Shown one piece after another: positions 23,918-37,480 of a DNA stretch of 44,395 bases. The stretch is from Octopus bimaculoides. Taxonomy: Eukaryota. The stretch covers positions 127,636,499 to 127,680,893 of the forward strand of contig NC_068983.1 of the NCBI RefSeq assembly GCF_001194135.2. The letters are read 5' to 3'. The notes beneath the pieces were generated by a model, which worked only from the letters and a program-made list of their open reading frames with translations, ran no database searches and had not been told where the DNA came from. A program made the translations under genes and the position numbers. Positions within the stretch are counted from its first letter, which is position 1; each line of letters opens with the position of its first letter.

Positions 23918-24719
23918 NNNNNNNNNNNNNNNNNNNNNNNNNNNNNNNNNNNNNNNNNNNNNNNNNNNNNNNNNNNNNNNNNNNNNNNNNNNNNNNNNNN
24001 NNNNNNNNNNNNNNNNNNNNNNNNNNNNNNNNNNNNNNNNNNNNNNNNNNNNNNNNNNNNNNNNNNNNNNNNNNNNNNNNNNNNNNNNNNNNNNNNNNNN
24101 NNNNNNNNNNNNNNNNNNNNNNNNNNNNNNNNNNNNNNNNNNNTATCTATCTATCTGCCTGCCTGTCTGTCTGTCTATGTATGTATGTATGTATGTATGT
24201 ATCTATCTATTTATCTATCGTTCTATCTATCTATTTATCTGTGTATGTGTATGAATGTATGACTGTATATATGTTTTTATCTATGTATAATGAAAAGATA
24301 GGTGAAAATGTACAATAACATTAAGAAAAATATTGTAATCTTTTAAGAGAAAGAAACAAAAGCAGGTGCAACATTTCATTTGAACATATGAAATCGTTTT
24401 TAGTTTACACTACATTTTCATTCATATGTCTGTATTTTCAAATGAAAATATTCATAACAGAATATGCTAATAAATCTCCTATTCCATTATGCCGGGCACT
24501 CTCTCATGATGCTGATCGTTGCAATATATAAAAAATCATCGCTACGCCCGTTTCCACAAATCACATGTCTCTTAAGATCACAGTCCTTATTCCTGGGACG
24601 ATTACAGTGCAATATGTAGTGTCCGTGGAGATTGTACTGTTTTTTTTTATTCGTGGATTCATATACTTACGTATGTCATTACTCAGTTTTATTTCAAGAT
24701 GCCAATAGAGAAAGGGACT

Positions 24720-24760
24720 GCCTCATGTACGTACGTACGTATGCATGTACGTACGTATGC

Positions 24761-24793
<33 letters not shown>

Positions 24794-24835
24794 TGTATGT
24801 ATGTTTGTATGCATGCATGTATGTATGTGCATGCT
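24720..24835. repeat. (GTAC)n/(TATG)n microsatellite
   Basis: Visible repeat. Confidence 0.9.
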
Positions 24836-26112
24836 TTTTTATACGATGATTAACCAATAAATAATAAAATTAATTATTAAGAATAGACGTAAAGGTAGAA
24901 TAGTATTGGATAAAATATTGAACGTCTCAAAAGTGTGACTATCATCTAAACTATCACTGCTCTTTCAGCTAAAAATCCGAATCGGTTCTGTATCTAAAGA
25001 TTCTCTAAGATCTTAGCGTAAACAAAATTGTAATATATTTCACTAACGAATATGGCTATAGGGGGATATCTTACAGTCATTATTTCCAAGAATATTTCTG
25101 ATAATATAAATACATAAATCAATTATTTATTTTTTTTGAAAAAATGACATCAAAATATACACAAGAGAATCTAGAAGATATAAAACAAAACAAAGTATGT
25201 CTGATATTGAAGTCAATACTAATATGTTAATCCTACCCCAGCATTAAACGAAAGAAGAGAGAAACAGAGAAGCCGGAAAAAAAAGAAAAGAAAAGAGCAT
25301 TTACAGATGCATTAAAATATTTCCCTTTGAGATATTCTACTAATCGCAACACTCCTTGCAAAATAAATCAATATGAACCAAGATTAGTTTTAATATATAA
25401 ACAATGAGAACGTTCTAAGGATGGACATTCTGGTGACAGAGACAGCTGACCTTGGAACGTCAATATGTTGGTCCTGATCAAATCTATTATTGTGGCTGTA
25501 ATAATAATGATAAAAAAGATAATAATGATAAAAAAGAGCAAACAAAAAAAACACACACTCATAACAATATGGATCGTTATGTTTTCATTTCTTTTTTACT
25601 GATTATTTTCTTTAGTTCATCGGAATATAGAAACTGTCAGAAGTCTAATAAAAAAGATGGTTTTCTTTTGACTCACATACATACACATGCGCACACATTT
25701 CATTTTAACACGCGCACACCACACGTACGTAATATAGACATAATGCACAAAATACANNNNNNNNNNNNNNNNNNNNNNNNNNNNNNNNNNNNNNNNNNNN
25801 NNNNNNNNNNNNNNNNNNNNNNNNNNNNNNNNNNNNNNNNNNNNNNNNNNNNNNNNNNNNNNNNNNNNNNNNNNNNNNNNNNNNNNNNNNNNNNNNNNNN
25901 NNNNNNNNNNNNNNNNNNNNNNNNNNNNNNNNNNNNNNNNNNNNNNNNNNNNNNNNNNNNNNNNNNNNNNNNNNNNNNNNNNNNNNNNNNNNNNNNNNNN
26001 NNNNNNNNNNNNNNNNNNNNNNNNNNNNNNNNNNNNNNNNNNNNNNNNNNNNNNNNNNNNNNNNNNNNNNNNNNNNNNNNNNNNNNNNNNNNNNNNNNNN
26101 NNNNNNNNNNNN

Positions 26113-26152
<40 letters not shown>

Positions 26153-26287
26153 GATACATATATATGTATGTATATATGCCTACATATATGTTTGTATAGA
26201 CATATATGTGTCTGCATATGAACGCATATATATTTGTGTGTATGTATGCATACAGGTGTGTGTGTATATGTAGGTATGAATCTATAT

Positions 26288-26700
26288 ATAGGTGCAGGCG
26301 TGTCTGTGTCGTTAAAATCTTGTTTCTCAGCCACATGGTTCCAAGTTCAGTTCCACTGTGTGGCACATTGGGCATGTGTCTTCTACTGTAGGCTCAGGCT
26401 GACCAAAACGTTGTGAAAACTGAAAGAAACACGTCATATATTGTGTATTGGTTGTGTGCGTGTGTTTCTGTGTGTTCGTATGCATCTATGCGTGTCTGTG
26501 TATCTGTGTTTGTCGTTCTGCAACACTTGACAACCGGTGTTGGTGTTTTTACTTCCCCACAACGCAGTTACTCGAGGAAAGAAGTGATAGGATTAAATAA
26601 TTAATAAGCACTCATCATTTTGATTAGTTCGACTAGAAATCTTCAAGCCGGCGCCCCAGCATAGCCGCAGTCAAATGGCTGCAACAATTAGATGATAAAA
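26288..26700 (+). mobile_element. tRNA-derived SINE (family B) with internal (TG)n
   Basis: GGTGCAGGCGTGTCTGTGTCGTTAA...CCACATGGTTCCAAGTTCAGTTCCACTGTGTGGCACATTGGGCATGTGTCTTCTACT head, then TTGACAACCGGTGTTGGTG, and GGCGCCCCAGCATAGCCGCAGTCAAATGGCTGCAACAA tail. I recognise this as a common octopus SINE from memory. Confidence 0.8.
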
Positions 26701-26779
26701 GATATAAAAAATAAAGCTGGCACAAGATGAGGGACTCCAGTCTCTTCGAAGTTTCGGAGTGATAACCAAAATCAAATTA

Positions 26780-27861
26780 CGACTATCCGCTGAAAACTTT
26801 ATTAGCCGACCAAGATACTCTCATAGAATGTGACCAAACCAGGCTTCTTTCAGCATAGTCTTTGTTGTGTTCCGTACATAATTTGCATTCGTTTGCAGTG
26901 CTTAGATTCTATTGGTGAAGAACTTTTTATACTGTTGGTAAAAAAAAAAGAAAAAAAAAAGTCTTGAGCATCAGATATGATGCAATTATCACTGCGACAC
27001 TTCTTCCCAGCCAAGTGGGGTTTTTTTATGATGGAAGGAGATGATAGTCACATGAGGAAAAATCAGAGCAGTTCAATGCCTGAATCATGCATAGACATGT
27101 GCTGGAGTACTTTTCTGATAGAAAAGTCACCTTTCATCAGTTTTCCTGGGCCTTTCTTATTGATAACCTTTCGTAAGTGCAGCAACAATTTAGTCAATAA
27201 ACACAATGCTTTTTGAATCTCAAACACTGAGGTCATCACTTTCCCTGCAAATGGATTGAACTTGATGGAGCAGGTGAGGGTGTTGTTTCCACTCCATGGA
27301 TTGTCTCTGTGTCTCTGACTTAAAGGGATGACGCCGTCATTCAATCTGGGTTACGAAATATTCAAGGAAACCAGTTGGATCTACCTGAAAATTTGGCAGA
27401 CTTTTCCACTGATTTGATCGATCTGGTCTGCTTTTGACTGACTCTCAGAAGGAATGTCACCCAGCAAGCAGAAATGTTCGTCATACCAATTTCCCTGTCT
27501 CAACTTTCTCACTGGATATTGTAATTGCATTGAATATTTGATTTATAGTTAATCACCTGCTATCCATCAAAGCTGGTTTGTCATCACTTAATGTAACACC
27601 CATGTCAGCTTGAAAGTCCTTGTGAGCAAAACCTTTTTTTGTGCAGCTACTTGACATCACCAGAATGCCAAATTTTCTCCATTTTCAAAAGGAATCGCTA
27701 CTAGTTACATTTGAAGTGTTCTTTGAACAATCAGATATCAGTTTAATTGGAAGGAATTAATGTAGTTATAAATAAAGAATGTTGAAAATGACACAAATAA
27801 ATTTTAATTGCTCTAGGATCATTCTTTTATAGTCAGCCCATGGAATTTGATTCCACCTTCG
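26780..27861 (-). mobile_element. Degenerate mariner DNA transposon, copy 2
   Basis: AGKVMTSVF...LLLHLRKVINKKGPGKLMKG (mariner catalytic region, ORF 27063..27344). Ends TA|CGA... at 26778 and ...TCG|TA at 27862, with strongly decayed TIRs. Confidence 0.85.
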
Positions 27862-28127
27862 TATGCTACACATGAGTTACTTTTCGCACTGTATAGTCGT
27901 TGGTACATTTTCTTCTTTATGTACAAGATATTTCTATATAAAGTGCTAATTACAGTTTGTGTATGCAGGCCTGACGGTTATATATGTTGGAAAGGGGAAG
28001 AAAAGATGATAAGGGGAAAGTGTATCTGTATGCTATAGTTGGGTCAAAAAGATACTGTGCAAGATTTTGTTTAGATTTATATAGGATTTGTGTTATAAAG
28101 ATAATCACACGGGTAAAAATATACGTA

Positions 28128-29389
28128 CACAAATATGCAGGAAGTAAATAGGCAACTTTAATTTTCCAAATCTTTTATTTAATACGTTAAGCGAACACTT
28201 GAAATGTAATCGATAGGTAGGACTACTTACTTTAATATTTAGTTGGCATTCTCTTTGCAATTTTTCATTCACAAACTCTTTTTGGCATTGAGCTGATGAG
28301 ATTTGTGATTGTCTCTTGTGGAATGTCTGCCCACTTTTCACGCAATAATCGAAACAATTCATCTTTAGGTTTAGCTTTTTGTCGAGGTTTTGTATAGCTC
28401 AATCTAGTATGCTGCAAATATTTTCAGTTCAGTTCATGGCAGGAGATTGGCTCGGCCAGGGAAGCTGTTTAATCTCATTTTCAGTCAGCCATTGTTGATT
28501 CCTTGTTGCTGTGTAGTATGGAGCCCCATCTTCCATGAATAAAAAATTATTTTTCGTTATGTTATCATGTGAATACATCGGAAGTATTTCTTGCTTAAGT
28601 ATTTTGATATATTTTTCAGAGTTTATGTTTCCAACACATTTCTGGTGACAACTTCCCATACCATTACAGAGATACCGCTATGTTTCACAGTTGGATGGGA
28701 TTGTTTCAAATCAAATTCTTGATTGGGAAGCCTCCTGACCCAAACACGCCCACTGTCTGAAAATAAGACAAATCTGGATTCCTCTGAGAAGATCATTCTC
28801 CCCCTTTTCTTTCTTTTCATGATATTAATTGGTTGAAGGAGAGGTTTTCTTCTAGCTACTCGTCCTCAATACTCAAGTTTATACAGATATGTAATACTCA
28901 ATACTCCATATAATACACAAGCTTATGCATATATGTAACACAGGTTCTTGGAGCAACTTGTAGCTGTTTTGCAATGTTAGAAGCCTTCGAAAGGGGCTCG
29001 TTTCCACAATTCTCTTCAAACAGCGTAGCTTCCTTTCCGAGGGCCCAGGTCGGCCGGGAGGAAAATATTTTGTTTCTTTTCGTTGGCTTTTCAATTGCGC
29101 TATAATTCTAATAACAATAGCAAGATGAAATTTGAAGTTTTTCAGCAATTTGTCGCTGGGTAGGACCAGCCACAGATTGTCCAACAATATGGCCTCTTTG
29201 AAAATCTGACAGTTCTACTGATTTTTTTGTGCGTGGCATGGTTGCTCTTCGCAAATGTTTAATATACTGGCACCTGGAACAAAAAAGAATAATTACATTG
29301 TAAATTCTACACCGCTGAAAACATATTACGACGCTTAGATAAGAAATTTTGAAAATTAAAGGTGTCTATATACTTTCTGCATGTCTGTG
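28128..29389 (-). mobile_element. Tc1-like (DD34E-type) transposon, TIR to TIR, with TA target duplication; transposase disrupted
   Basis: IFSEESRF..FSDSGRVWVRR; TVKHSGISVMVW; FMEDGAPYYTA...WPSQSPAMN. About 55-bp imperfect TIRs (CACAAATATGCAGGAAGTAAATAGGCAACTTTAATTTTC vs rc CACAGACATGCAGAAAGTATATAGACACCTTTAATTTTC). TA at 28126-27 and 29390-91. Confidence 0.92.
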
Positions 29390-29929
29390 TATATCTTTGC
29401 TTTATTTACATATTTTATGACGTCAATAAATGTATAATTCTTTGTAGATCGATATCCCAGTACAAAACATCAGCTTGGGGATCCATATTAAATACCAGTA
29501 ACGTCATGTAGGTTATCTGTATAGAGTGATACAATATTAACCTGCGCTAATACCAAAAGGCTATGACTTTATCTAAATTGATGTGAATGTTATATTATAA
29601 CGCCGAATAATGCGGATTTCTACCTGAATGGTGTGTAAAAGCAGAAAAATATCGCTGGCAGACAATAACTGTCTGTAATGAGCGCCGAAAATGACAGATC
29701 GTGTGATTTCGATGTACAGCCTCTCATCTATGACAGCTCATTGCTCACTGCTTACCAGCCACATCTCATCGCTAAATCTCCCTCCCAACGATCTATTGAA
29801 TTACACCAATTTTTTCAGGCACTGATATGGAAAATAGCCACATGGATTTGGCTGGAATGCTGCAAGCATATAACTTTCACTGAAAAGATTCTGATTTCGC
29901 TAAAAGTGATTTCAATTTTCTGGCGAAGT

Positions 29930-30060
29930 ATTTAGTCGAACTCCAAATCATTACTGGGTCTTTTACTTTATTGAACCAGAATTCAACTTAGGCAGGATTT
30001 GAACTCGGATTCAAACGATTCGTATGCAAAATTACAAAGGAATATTTCCGATATTGTAGG
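29930..30060 (-). mobile_element. SINE (family C) fragment, inverted
   Basis: AACTTAGGCAGGATTTGAACTCGGA is the reverse complement of the B-box region seen in the + copies at 37357 and 43319. Confidence 0.55.
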
Positions 30061-31004
30061 TCTGAATGAAGACATAATATGAGTTAGTACTGTAGTCGGT
30101 TTGAAATTATTGTTAAAGAATACTAAGAGCAGAAGTACGGAATAACTTACAAGTGATACTTTGATCGTGGCCGCTGACTATCGCTTAATTTATTGTATAC
30201 GTGTTGTGAGCATGGTTGAACAAGTGTGAAACTTTTTTTCTTGTCATAGGTTCGCTTGGACAAATATTTTGCAAGTTAGAGGAGATTATGTAGTGACGTT
30301 TCATTATTGTTAAACACATTTCCATTAAACTTCTCATAACATTATTTTATTATTTTCTCCAGTATTGTTATTTCGAACTAAAATTATTTCTGTATCTTTT
30401 AGGGTCAATATCTATAATAGAGTATATTATAGATTTTCACTATAATTAATCATCTAAATAGAATTTATATTACACACGCGCACGCGGGCACACACATACA
30501 CACATGTACAAGCTACTTAATTATATTTGTTCCCGTAGCACAGGATTCCGCTATTTGTATATCTGGCAACGTATAAAAGGTCCACATTTAGCCGATGCAA
30601 GATTCTACAGTTATATACAAACATGGGCACACATATACCACATGAGTATGTGTGCATACGTATGTATATGTGCATAACAACGTATATATCAACGTCAATG
30701 TGTACATGTAAATATTGTTGAGTAATGAGCCAATGGTAAGGTATGAGACCAAGATATTCCCATTAATTATGTCCATATAAATTCTCTAATACTTCGCACT
30801 GACACAGTATAAAATGAAGATAAATCTAAGATATACGTAACCATCAAATACTGTGGTTTTAAATATTGGAATATTTAATTATTTGTTAACATATTTTCTC
30901 TTATTAAATATTACACGTATTTTTGCACAGAATTTGTTTTTTTTTAACATTAAGTTTTCTTCCTGTTCATTAATTTTCATCTCAATAATTCTTTCATTCC
31001 CTCC

Positions 31005-31045
<41 letters not shown>

Positions 31046-31055
31046 NNNNNNNNNN

Positions 31056-31098
<43 letters not shown>
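31005..31098. repeat. (CT)n microsatellite with a 10-N gap
   Basis: Visible repeat. Confidence 0.95.
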
Positions 31099-31101
<3 letters not shown>

Positions 31102-32169
31102 TATCTTAAATACAAACTGAAACTCACTTTCCTAATTTTCTACAATATTTTCTGACTCCCCTCCTTGTTTTCTCTCACGTTCTCACTAATGCACACACTT
31201 TACTTGCTCTCTCACAAAACTCAACAATATTTCGTTCCCTCTCACTCTATATCTCAATACTTTTCATAATAGTATTTCTCACTCCACCAAAATCTAATTC
31301 ATTCTGTTTCTCTCTTGCCCCCACTTAAAAAAAAAAAATTATTTTACCTTGTCTATCAATAAGTTCTTTGAAAATCCATTCTTTTTTTATTTTTCAGAAA
31401 TTCTAAACAAATGATTTTTTAAAATCATTTCTCTAATTTTCTCTAGTTTGAGATTTTTTCTTCCTCTCTATTTCCTTTTTAACTCTCTGTCTAAGTGTAA
31501 GAGCGATACAGTATGTGTTACAAACTATAGGATGGTGATAACTTGAAAGCGTTACAGCATAGGTGTGCTCTATTAAAGATGGCCTGGGGCTAATCAGTAC
31601 AAACGAACCAAGTGTAATTTTGAGACTGAAAATTGTTCAAAATATTTACATAAATAAAATATCACACATTCTTACGTTATCTATACATACATGCATATAG
31701 GCACACCTACTAAGAGTTGTCTACGTCTATATCAAAGAAGCGTGTTAGCACAATCATAAAAGTGTCGGTCAAAATAGCTTGCTTACTCGCTCTGGCACTC
31801 TGTTTTGTGTTCAAATTACATTGAAGTTAACATTGTATATTGGGAGTTGTTAAATAAATCCTTGCACTAATGGATTTGATTCTCTCTCTTTCTCTTTCTC
31901 TCTCTCACATTAAACTGGGCTTTTAATTGAAAGGTTTTTACCTACTGAGTAATGTTTTAGTAGCAGACAAGTCTGCCAAATACTCACTGGATAATTTCGC
32001 GAGAAGTAATTCAATCACTACTTCCGTTCGAGACAAACGAAACCTCCACTAAATATATACACACTTTCTCAGAAGGTGATAAACCTATTGAAAGGACAGT
32101 ACAGTACAATAAATTATAGCCAGCTGCCATTTGAGATCGAGTATGACCTGGAAACATGTACCTTGTTTT

Positions 32170-32428
32170 CCTTAGCTGTTTCAGTTGATTTTGTAATCTC
32201 AGGCTCTTGATCTTCTCTCCGTTGTCTTAGAGGAATATTCAGGATAGAACGGCTAAAGGACGAGTTGACTGCACCAGCGCTTCACAGGTAATTATTCACA
32301 GTTGAGTGAAACAAAGCGGAATTAATTATTTTGTTCAAGGGCAAATTGTCACACTGATCTCGAAATCGAAACCTATGACATTGTGATCATGAGCTGAACA
32401 CGCTAAGCGACAAACTACATACCTTCAA
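32170..32428 (-). mobile_element. tRNA-derived SINE (family A), inverted, degenerate
   Basis: ...TTTTGTTCAAGGGCAAATTG...GAAATCGAAACCTATGACATTGTGATCATGAGCTGAACACGCTAAGCGACAAACTACATACCTTC is a reverse-complement tRNA-like head plus body. Confidence 0.6.
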
Positions 32429-32655
32429 AAAGTATTTAGATGTTATACCTTCTCATCCACTCGTCTAGTATTCCCCAATTTGAAATGCCGTAGTTATTGT
32501 CTTTTTTCTATCTAAAGGAAATGAATTCAATTAATATTATACAACCTATATCACATTATAGTGCTTCAATGAGCATATTAATGTAATAAGCAAATGATGT
32601 CAAATATATGTGCATAATGCCGTATTTAAATTGATACACAAAATGTATCAAATAT

Positions 32656-34600
32656 CAGTGTTTTCTAGACTTTTTAATAAAATATGAAAATTATAACATA
32701 TAACTGCGCTTCTTAAATTAGATCTGTGTCACCTGAGACCCAGTAGTCTGTTTCTTTTCTGTTTTCTCTCCATCATGTATCAATTTTGTTTTTTACGTGA
32801 GTCAATGTCATAATTAACACCTGTTGTAAGTGTTTATTCTATGTTTGGAATATTCTTAAACATATATGAACTAAAATTGAGTGTAGGGTAAAAATAAGCT
32901 CAAATATATCTATTAGGAGGTTTGGTTTACGTATCTTTTGTAAATTACATTTTAGACTTAGAATTTTGGAGACAATGGTTTTTGCTTGGGCATAAGTTGA
33001 CAACATATAAACAACAAATGGTTTAATGCTACACTACCTTACATGTATTTTCATCACTGTTGAATACGTGTCGAGTGAGTTCCTGCGACAATTCCCCAAC
33101 ACCGATAATGTAATGTCCATCTCCAAAGCAACCGGCATAACATCATCTTCGCGAAACTTCAACTTTTCTTCTCGTTCTACCTGTTTGAAAATTCTTGTTC
33201 CAGCAGAATGTCTTGTTTTCTGTGCCAGTATTTCAAAGCACTTGAAGGCAATCGGTGTTCATTCAAGGAAACTAAGTACATCTCACAAGGTAAACCATTA
33301 ACATTCGTTGTAAGAGAACATCTTAAATGAAATCATTTTGAAGAGGCGTTAACACTTCTAACGTTTCCCCGAAATCTGCTAGATTCGATTGCTGCTCATA
33401 AAATAGATTAATCATCCACATAGGATTTTCCGAGTCCCTGCGCATACTTCTTTCGAAAATGTTTTACTATGTTAAAGAGAGTAGCGATGGGAAATGAGAA
33501 ATTATCCTTCAGCGTTTTCTCATATCAGCCTGTTTTCATGCGAATAAAAACACATTTTTAGTGAACTTGGCAAACGTGTGAAATTTAAGAAATCCTCTTT
33601 ATCAATATTAACATGCCAGAGGGTGATCTTTATTTTCATGGCTTTTATTTTGCAAAGACATTAAATATGTCCTTTGTATTACATTAAAGCGACAAACCTA
33701 GCCTAATTAAATGTTTAAAACCTGAAGTAATTTATTTGACAACAAGGTGGCCAGTTAAAATTCATTATTGAAATGTATCGCTTTCGCATCACTGTAATAA
33801 AAATACAGCCATTTCTCTCACGTGGTGATTATATTTTCAAAGATTTTTTTTCTGTGACAGCAATCTAAACGTAAAATGAAGGAGGATTATCTGATCTGAC
33901 AAACCTTACCTTAAATAATTCAAAAAGCATTCACACCTGTCTCGCTTGTAGGCCAATCGCATTGTGTATTTCAGCACAAGTTGCTATAATTCTTCCTGTT
34001 CAATTTTCTAGTCATTACAACATGTACTTTATTACTTAGTTTCTATGCAGCTAGTTTTTCTGATATAACCAATAATGTAAGAGGAGCAATACTGCTTCGT
34101 GCGATTGAGGCAGCGATTGCTTAAAATTTATGTTTCATAGCTAAAGCACCATCTGTAATAACCGTAACGATTTTTCTTCTCAAATGATCTACAGTTCTAC
34201 ATGAATAAAATTCATTAGTATTTTACTCCAAGACGCAAGCAAAAGAGTTGTTCAACAATTTTTCACAAAATTTCTTCAAAAGACAAAATGAGTTAGGCAT
34301 CGTTCATAATGTTCATAGTTTCACTAAACTACCGAGGTAAAAATCGTAATTCCAACAGCTTTGACATCAACTAATGCTTCAGATATTTAGCAATCATTGC
34401 CGATCAAAAATGTTCCTGTTCCTTTCGATAAAGAAGTTTGCATTACATTATCTATAGCTTCCTTCCACTATGTAGCAGACTGGTAATGATTTTCAAACAC
34501 ATTTTGGTAATTTTCTTAACCTCTGTCTATAGCTTTTAATTTTCTTTCGTGCTCATTTGCGTTATTTAAAGGTTGGCAAGATAAATACGGATTTTAATCT
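32656..34600 (-). mobile_element. Highly decayed hAT (Charlie/ZBED-like) transposase remnant
   Basis: Minus-strand fragments occur in hAT order: SETMNIMNDA*LIL (DEST...AQL-like, near 34290-34325), EQLFCLRL, ITDGALAM (34145-34156), HYWLYQKN*L (CxxH-like), YTMRLAY (RW-like). Possible TIR CAGTGTTTTCTAGACTTTT at 32656. Confidence 0.55.
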
Positions 34601-36204
34601 CAGACATTTTTTTCTTTATTACTTATCAGAATTTTTTTTCTGTTGCCCTAAATGTTGATGCGTTATTTCATGATTACTATGCTTTGACTTAAATGTGCTT
34701 GTAATTTTGAATAAACCAGGTATTACAAACAATATTTTTCATTATAAAATATGATGATGGAGTAGTTGTGGTAGGTACATTTTAGGTAAGTAAAAAAGGC
34801 ATATTTGATACATTATACGCTCTTATGGTGAGTTTTGAGGAGAGGATATTTTCATTTATCTATTTCCCGTTCAGAGATTTTTTAGTCACTACAGTCATAC
34901 CTTGTGACTTTCTAAAGTGCTTGCATCATTAGGAGAGTCATTTCCTTTAACACATGTAACCGCTTGTATCAGCCACAGAATCCTTTTCTATATCACACAT
35001 AATTCCCAGTATCATTAACACAGTAATTATTTATTGCACACATTAATACCTCTATGATTTACCCAGTCATCATCTGTAACGCATATAACCTTATTTTTTA
35101 ACTCTTTATCCGCAATTCCGAAACACCTCGCATTAGTAAATTTCTACAGAGTATATCTCTTCCATGTCCGCTTCCCATTCTTTCAGATATAAAATATTTC
35201 CTTGTGAAGAAGCTTATCTTTAGAGTTGTTCTGCAATCACTTAAACATCGCCATGTTATCTTAATCTAAATGATACATAATGCGGTTAAAGACATTTTCA
35301 TAATATGTCATAAAACATTTATATATTGCATAAAACAGGAAATGAGAAGATATTTTTAAAGGAAAATGCACGCAGTTTCCTTTTACTAATAAAGTATACT
35401 CTGTAAATGAAAGTGAATTGAATTACTTCTAGGTATGCTTACATATCAAAACAGAACATGAAAATGTCATCCATCAATCATGAACATAGATTTGTTTCTC
35501 CTTAACCATTATAAACTTCTATATTGGCCGCAGTTGATAAGCTTCCTATGCTGTGGCTGATATATGAATACATGAGTCATGTGGTTTTATCACGATATTC
35601 TTGCTGTATCTATTGCACTGGTGGTTTAACGACCATTAGCAAATTAAACTTAAACTGTCGTTGGAGAAGATAAACCTCCAACAAGAAACCAATGGAACAA
35701 AATAACATTCGAAAGCCTGAATCGGACTTCAGAAATAATTAATGTAGTTACCATTCAGACTGTTTGATACAAATAAGGACAAGTACATTGAAAGCCAGGA
35801 AATATTTATAGAAAAGTAAGCTATAGTCGAAAAGTAGCTATATGGGAAGCGCACACAAAAATTTATAGTCCAGTTGCCGACAGCAATCTTCCAGTCTTAA
35901 CATTTATATGTGTATGCAAGCAGAAAATATGCTTTGCTATTCTCTGAGATATTATATTAAACTAAATTTAAGAGTCGACCTACTAAACCCTACATATTGA
36001 GAGACGGACGCAACACTGGTCGAACTGCAACATACGTATAAGCACCTGAAGATTATTAACAGTTTTAATGAAAATGAATTTGTTAAAAATAGAAAGCAAA
36101 TATATAAATATTTGCGGAAATAATGTCATTCACAATTCTTGTTTCATTCAGCCCCAAATGATATAGTTTCCTCTTCAATGAACACGCTCTTACGTTAAGA
36201 AACT

Positions 36205-36221
36205 TTGAAATAGATAGATAA

Positions 36222-36276
<55 letters not shown>

Positions 36277-36320
36277 CATAGATAGATAGGGAGATTGAGA
36301 GAGAGAGACAGACAAGCAGA
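36205..36320. repeat. (GATA)n microsatellite
   Basis: Visible repeat. Confidence 0.95.
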
Positions 36321-37154
36321 TAGAGACATAGATTTCCATTTATTGAAGATGAAGATAGAATTAGATGACATTCAGAATTTTCCTGGTGCGAAGAACGGCA
36401 ACTCCAACAATATGAACCAAATTCCAATATATGAATAATCTGCAACATTCAGTTTGCTTTATTCCTTTCGTTTTTAATATGCGTGTGTGTGCCTGCGTGC
36501 CTGTGTGTCTGTGCGTGTGAGTGTGTGTAATGTATATATATATATATACGCGCACACACACACACACACACATACACACACACCCACGCATACACACACA
36601 TACACTTATAGTTATGTTGAAAACTTGGCTCCCAAAATTTCATATCCGTCTCTAGAGAGGTACTTCTTATTTGCATAGGGATGCGATAGTTAATGGCGTT
36701 TTTCGACATGGCCACACCTATTCGATGAAGCCAATAATAAAATATATGCTGGAAAAGTTAATACAGGTTTTCGAATACTATCGTAAACAGAAAATATTTA
36801 TTCTTTCATTGATTCACGTTTATATTTGTTTTCACTTCTAAAATATTCATATATTATGATCTATAAATCGGATTTAAAACTTTTATACTTAATGAATAAA
36901 TTTCAAACTTTTATATAAATTTACATGCCATTTCACAACATGTGATACCTGAATATTCAAACGTGAAGTAATGTTATATTGATTTATCGTGCATCATCCA
37001 GGGCATCTGGAATTCGAACGTTTTGAAGAACATTAATAAAGGGGGTTACCGAAGGTAACATTTTCATCGTTTCAATTCACTCCATGTTCCCAATTCTGTG
37101 TTTAATCACTCCATTTTTTCCCAAATGACTGTTAATATGTTGTTACAATGTATA

Positions 37155-37480
37155 GCGGAGAGTTGTAAGAATCGTTAGGCCACCAGGCCAAATACCTAGG
37201 GGCGTTTCGTCCCCATCTATTTGTTCTGTGTTTAAATTCCACTGAGATCGATAGAATACATACCAGTTAAGCACTGGTGTCAATGCAATCGGCTAAAAAT
37301 TCTCCTGAATTTGTTGCCCTTACCTAAAATTTAAAATTAATATGTTTGTACAAGTGAAGGCGGTGAGCTGGAAAAATTGTTAGCACGCCGGACAAAATTC
37401 TTAGTGGCATTTCGTTCGTCTATACATTTTGATTTCGAATTCCACTTATGTCGACTTCACGTTACATTCCAAAGAGGTTG
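37155..37480 (+). mobile_element. Two tandem SINE (family C) copies: about 37155-37335 and 37357-37480
   Basis: Heads AGCGGAGAGTTGTAAGAATCGTTAGG and AAGGCGGTGAGCTGGAAAAATTGTTAGCACGCCGG. Shared ACCAGTTAAGCACTGG / GTCGACTT body motifs. Confidence 0.75.

Larger units (their letters stand above)
897..31055. other. Assembly gaps (N runs) at 897-1401, 1953-2869, 4580-4631, 11569-11773, 13051-13520, 15330-15426, 23918-24143, 25757-26111, 31046-31055
   Basis: Counted from the sequence. Most gaps abut microsatellites. Confidence 0.97.

Noticed and set aside
30570-30612. TATAAAAG with an Inr-like CAGTT about 30 bp downstream as a core promoter
   Set aside because: Such motifs are frequent in AT-rich DNA and there is no downstream exon evidence.
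36669-36676. Octamer motif ATTTGCAT
   Set aside because: A single 8-mer with no adjacent snRNA gene or other supporting element.
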